Shown here: positions 53,259-55,870 of the stretch, piece by piece | Layout of the letters: every line of letters begins with the position of its first letter | How positions within the stretch are numbered: the stretch's first letter is position 1 | Assembly: GCF_001194135.2 (NCBI RefSeq) | Contig: NC_068989.1 | Location: 66,018,972 to 66,074,841 of the forward strand | Source of the DNA: Octopus bimaculoides | Lineage: Eukaryota | Direction: 5' to 3' | Length of the DNA: 55,870 nucleotides | Translations under genes and position numbers: made by a program | Notes under the pieces: generated by a model | Seen by the model: the letters and a program-made list of their open reading frames with translations, nothing else | Told to the model about the DNA's origin: nothing | The model's database searches: none

Positions 53259-53632
53259 GATGTAGCACGGAATTTTTTCAGTGAACAGGTCGGGGTCTCA
53301 AAAAATATTTTGATAAATTAAATTTAAATGTTGAAGTGAATCTAACGGTTATTGTGTTCTTTTTAATGGTTTATAAACACCGACCACACTGCAATTGTTT
53401 TTGTTTCAGCACACGACCTCAGATCAGGTCACTTGCTAATAATTACGTAGTAAAACCTTATCAATTTAGATTTAAATGTCTGTGTTGTATTACATTAAGA
53501 TATTTCGCTACTGTTCTTGCCATTTCCCTCCCCAAGCTTTCAGTAATATTGTAACATCTCTTAATATTCACTCGCTCTACGACGCTGTGTGCCTCAGAAA
53601 GTGATTGTAACAAACATGCAAATTAAAAGTAA

Positions 53633-53634
53633 AC

Positions 53635-53668
<34 letters not shown>

Positions 53669-53688
53669 ACAACAACAGCAACAACAAC

Positions 53689-53737
<49 letters not shown>

Positions 53738-53746
53738 TTAATAATA
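53633..53746. repeat. (CAA)n(TAA)n microsatellite
   Basis: Directly visible; 5' flank of the next element. Confidence 0.95.
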
Positions 53747-54473
53747 AAGGAATATATTCACAGACACGACAGAGCTGGGACCTATCTACCCTGGAAGCTA
53801 TGCCAACACTATGGAATAACAACAGAAAAAAGATGGTATAAACACACGCCAGAAAAGGTCACAGAAAATGAGAAAGCAACCATACTCTGGGATATGCCAA
53901 TACACACAGATAGAGAAATTAAGGCAAATAGANNNNNNNNNNNNNNNNNNNNNNNNNNNNNNNNNNNNNNNNNNNNNNNNNNNNNNNNNNNNNNNNNNNN
54001 NNNNNNNNNNNNNNNNNNNNNNNNNNNNNNNNNNNNNNNNNNNNNNNNNNNNNNNNNNNNNNNNNNNNNNNNNNNNNNNNNNNNNNNNNNNNNNNNNNNN
54101 NNNNNNNNNNNNNNNNNNNNNNNNNNNNNNNNNNNNNNNNNNNNNNNNNNNNNNNNNNNNNNNNNNNNNNNNNNNNNNNNNNNNNNNNNNNNNNNNNNAA
54201 CAATTCCTATCATAGTAGGTGCCTTAGGTATAATAAAAAAATATTCAGACAAATACATAACAAAAACACCAGGACTTACAAATATATATAACATACAGAA
54301 AATTGCACTACTGGGTACTGCACACATTCTACGCAAAGCACTTTCAATACAGTAAACATAAGAGCACCACAGTAAACCACAGTTCATACCCAAGGCGCAC
54401 AGAGCTGCGCTCGGTAGTGAAGTGAAAGCACGTTATAAAAATAAAACTACTGAACAATAATAATCATAATAAT
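53747..54473 (+). mobile_element. second R4/Dong-like family, 3' fragment spanning a gap, flanked by (TAA)n on both sides
   Basis: KEYIHRHDRAGTYLPWKLCQHYGI...WYKHTPEKVTENEKATILWDMPIHTDREIKANR [gap 53933-54198] TIPIIVGALGIIKK...IQKIALLGTAHILRKALSIQ* (stop 54353-55). Confidence 0.9.
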
Positions 54474-55210
54474 GTTTCTAAGCACTTGAAAGACTGCTGA
54501 AAACTTGTGGATACCTAACATTACAGGCAGTAACCCGCCACCCACATAAATCCTACCAGTAAGAAGACAGAACCTAAACCAAACCATATAATGATGATGA
54601 CGATGATGATGACGACAACGACGACGACGACAATGATGATGATCATATTAATGATAAACCCACCTAAATAAATAACATTGTCTTCGTGTTTCTCTTCGAT
54701 AATGCTTTTTGCACGCCGCCCCTCTTTATTTTCAGATCAGTTTCCATTTTTATCTCTCGTTTTTTATAGGAAAATTATTTTCCAGTGAAGAAGAAAAAAA
54801 TAATTTAATGAAAATTTATCGAGAAGTGAAATGAAATGGGAAGATAAGAATATGTCTATAGGGATAAAACTAGCATATGCTTTCGTTTATCTATTAAAGG
54901 AGGTAAAATACAGTTTATTATTTCCGTTCTCCTTGGTGATGGTTTTAACAGCTACATTATAGTTAAACAATATTCTCACTCTATTAATGACGTTTGAATT
55001 AACTTATATAGAGTGGCCGTGTTGAAGTAATTGTTTATTTCCTGATAAACTAAGAAATTTCAAATAGAAAGGAGTCGAGCGTTTCATTTAAATTTTGAAA
55101 GAAAGATAAGGCGGAAAGATTAGATATTGAAACTTTCACTTTTTGTGAAACTATTTAACAAGGGATAGATGATATTGCTTAAATTCCCAGTCCCTGCAAC
55201 TTTACACGTA

Positions 55211-55250
<40 letters not shown>

Positions 55251-55256
55251 CTACAC

Positions 55257-55288
55257 CAGAGGTCTCTAAAGTGGTCGATATCGATTCC
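55257..55288 (+). mobile_element. possible hAT (Charlie-like) terminus
   Basis: CAGAGGTCTCTAAAGTGGTCGATATCGA resembles CAGxGGTxCTCAA termini; no partner end found. Confidence 0.25.
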
Positions 55289-55411
55289 ATGAAAGAGTCG
55301 ATGGTCTAATAATGATTGGGGAGCACAATGCGTATATACATGTATATGTATGTGAGTGTGTATGTGTGTACATACATTCATGGGTAGTCGCTTATACATA
55401 CATATATATAC

Positions 55412-55460
<49 letters not shown>

Positions 55461-55563
55461 AGAGGATAAGATCAATATTTAAATATCGATTTTATCAAGT
55501 GGCCAGCATGGGAATAAAAAACCATCAAAGGTAACAATTATTTAAAATTATAATTTAGGGTAA

Positions 55564-55775
55564 CTAAGAGATACCACCCTGCTAAAAATAGCAGTCAAAT
55601 CTTGACTAAACCACAATAAATGTTCATATAACACACAGGCGTGAAGACGAAGAAACAAAATAAACTTTCTAGTTTATTTTGTTTCTTCGTCTTCGCTCCT
55701 GTGTGCTATATGAACATTTATTGTGGTTTAGAGTCAAGATTTGACTGCTATTTTCAGCATGTCGGTATCTCTTAG
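55564..55775. repeat. near-perfect palindrome: 103/105-bp arms with a 4-nt loop
   Basis: 55564-55666 is the reverse complement of 55671-55775 except for about 7 substitutions and one 2-nt indel; loop TTCT at 55667-55670. Confidence 0.95.
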
Positions 55776-55870
55776 ATTTCTGGGAAAGTATTTTTGTGAG
55801 GAGGCCGGGAGATGTTTTTTTTTTTCCAAAAATTCACACGATCCGACTTCTTTCCTTTGTAACTTTCAGG

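Overview
AT-rich eukaryotic genomic DNA, saturated with microsatellites and broken by about 15 N-gaps. The SINE families and repeat landscape look like an octopod cephalopod (probably Octopus; inferred from recalled repeat sequences, not a search). No host protein-coding gene, rRNA, tRNA or CRISPR array can be supported; most ORF-track entries are microsatellite or gap artefacts. The window is a transposon graveyard: three R4/Dong-like RLE retrotransposon fragments next to (TAA)n tracts, a 5'-truncated Penelope-like element (RT + GIY-YIG), three degraded APE-type LINE fragments, four Tc1/mariner families (DD41D-like, DD37E/TRT, DD34D, DD37D/maT-like) and many tRNA-SINE copies including a head-to-tail array. 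The most interesting signal is a set of type I hammerhead-ribozyme motifs: 12855-12943 (+, apparently intact), 23583-23639 (-), 43059-43168 (+), a decayed copy at 40038-40112, and two half-motifs. They sit near the 3' ends of ORF-less, pyrimidine-skewed repeats. All four have a non-Watson-Crick pair (U.U or A.A) closing stem II, and the three best preserved have a very short, self-complementary or nearly self-complementary stem III of the dimer-cleaving kind known from Penelope-associated hammerheads. Also notable: a ~235/470 bp higher-order tandem repeat inside one of these elements and a ~104 bp-arm near-perfect palindrome at the window end.
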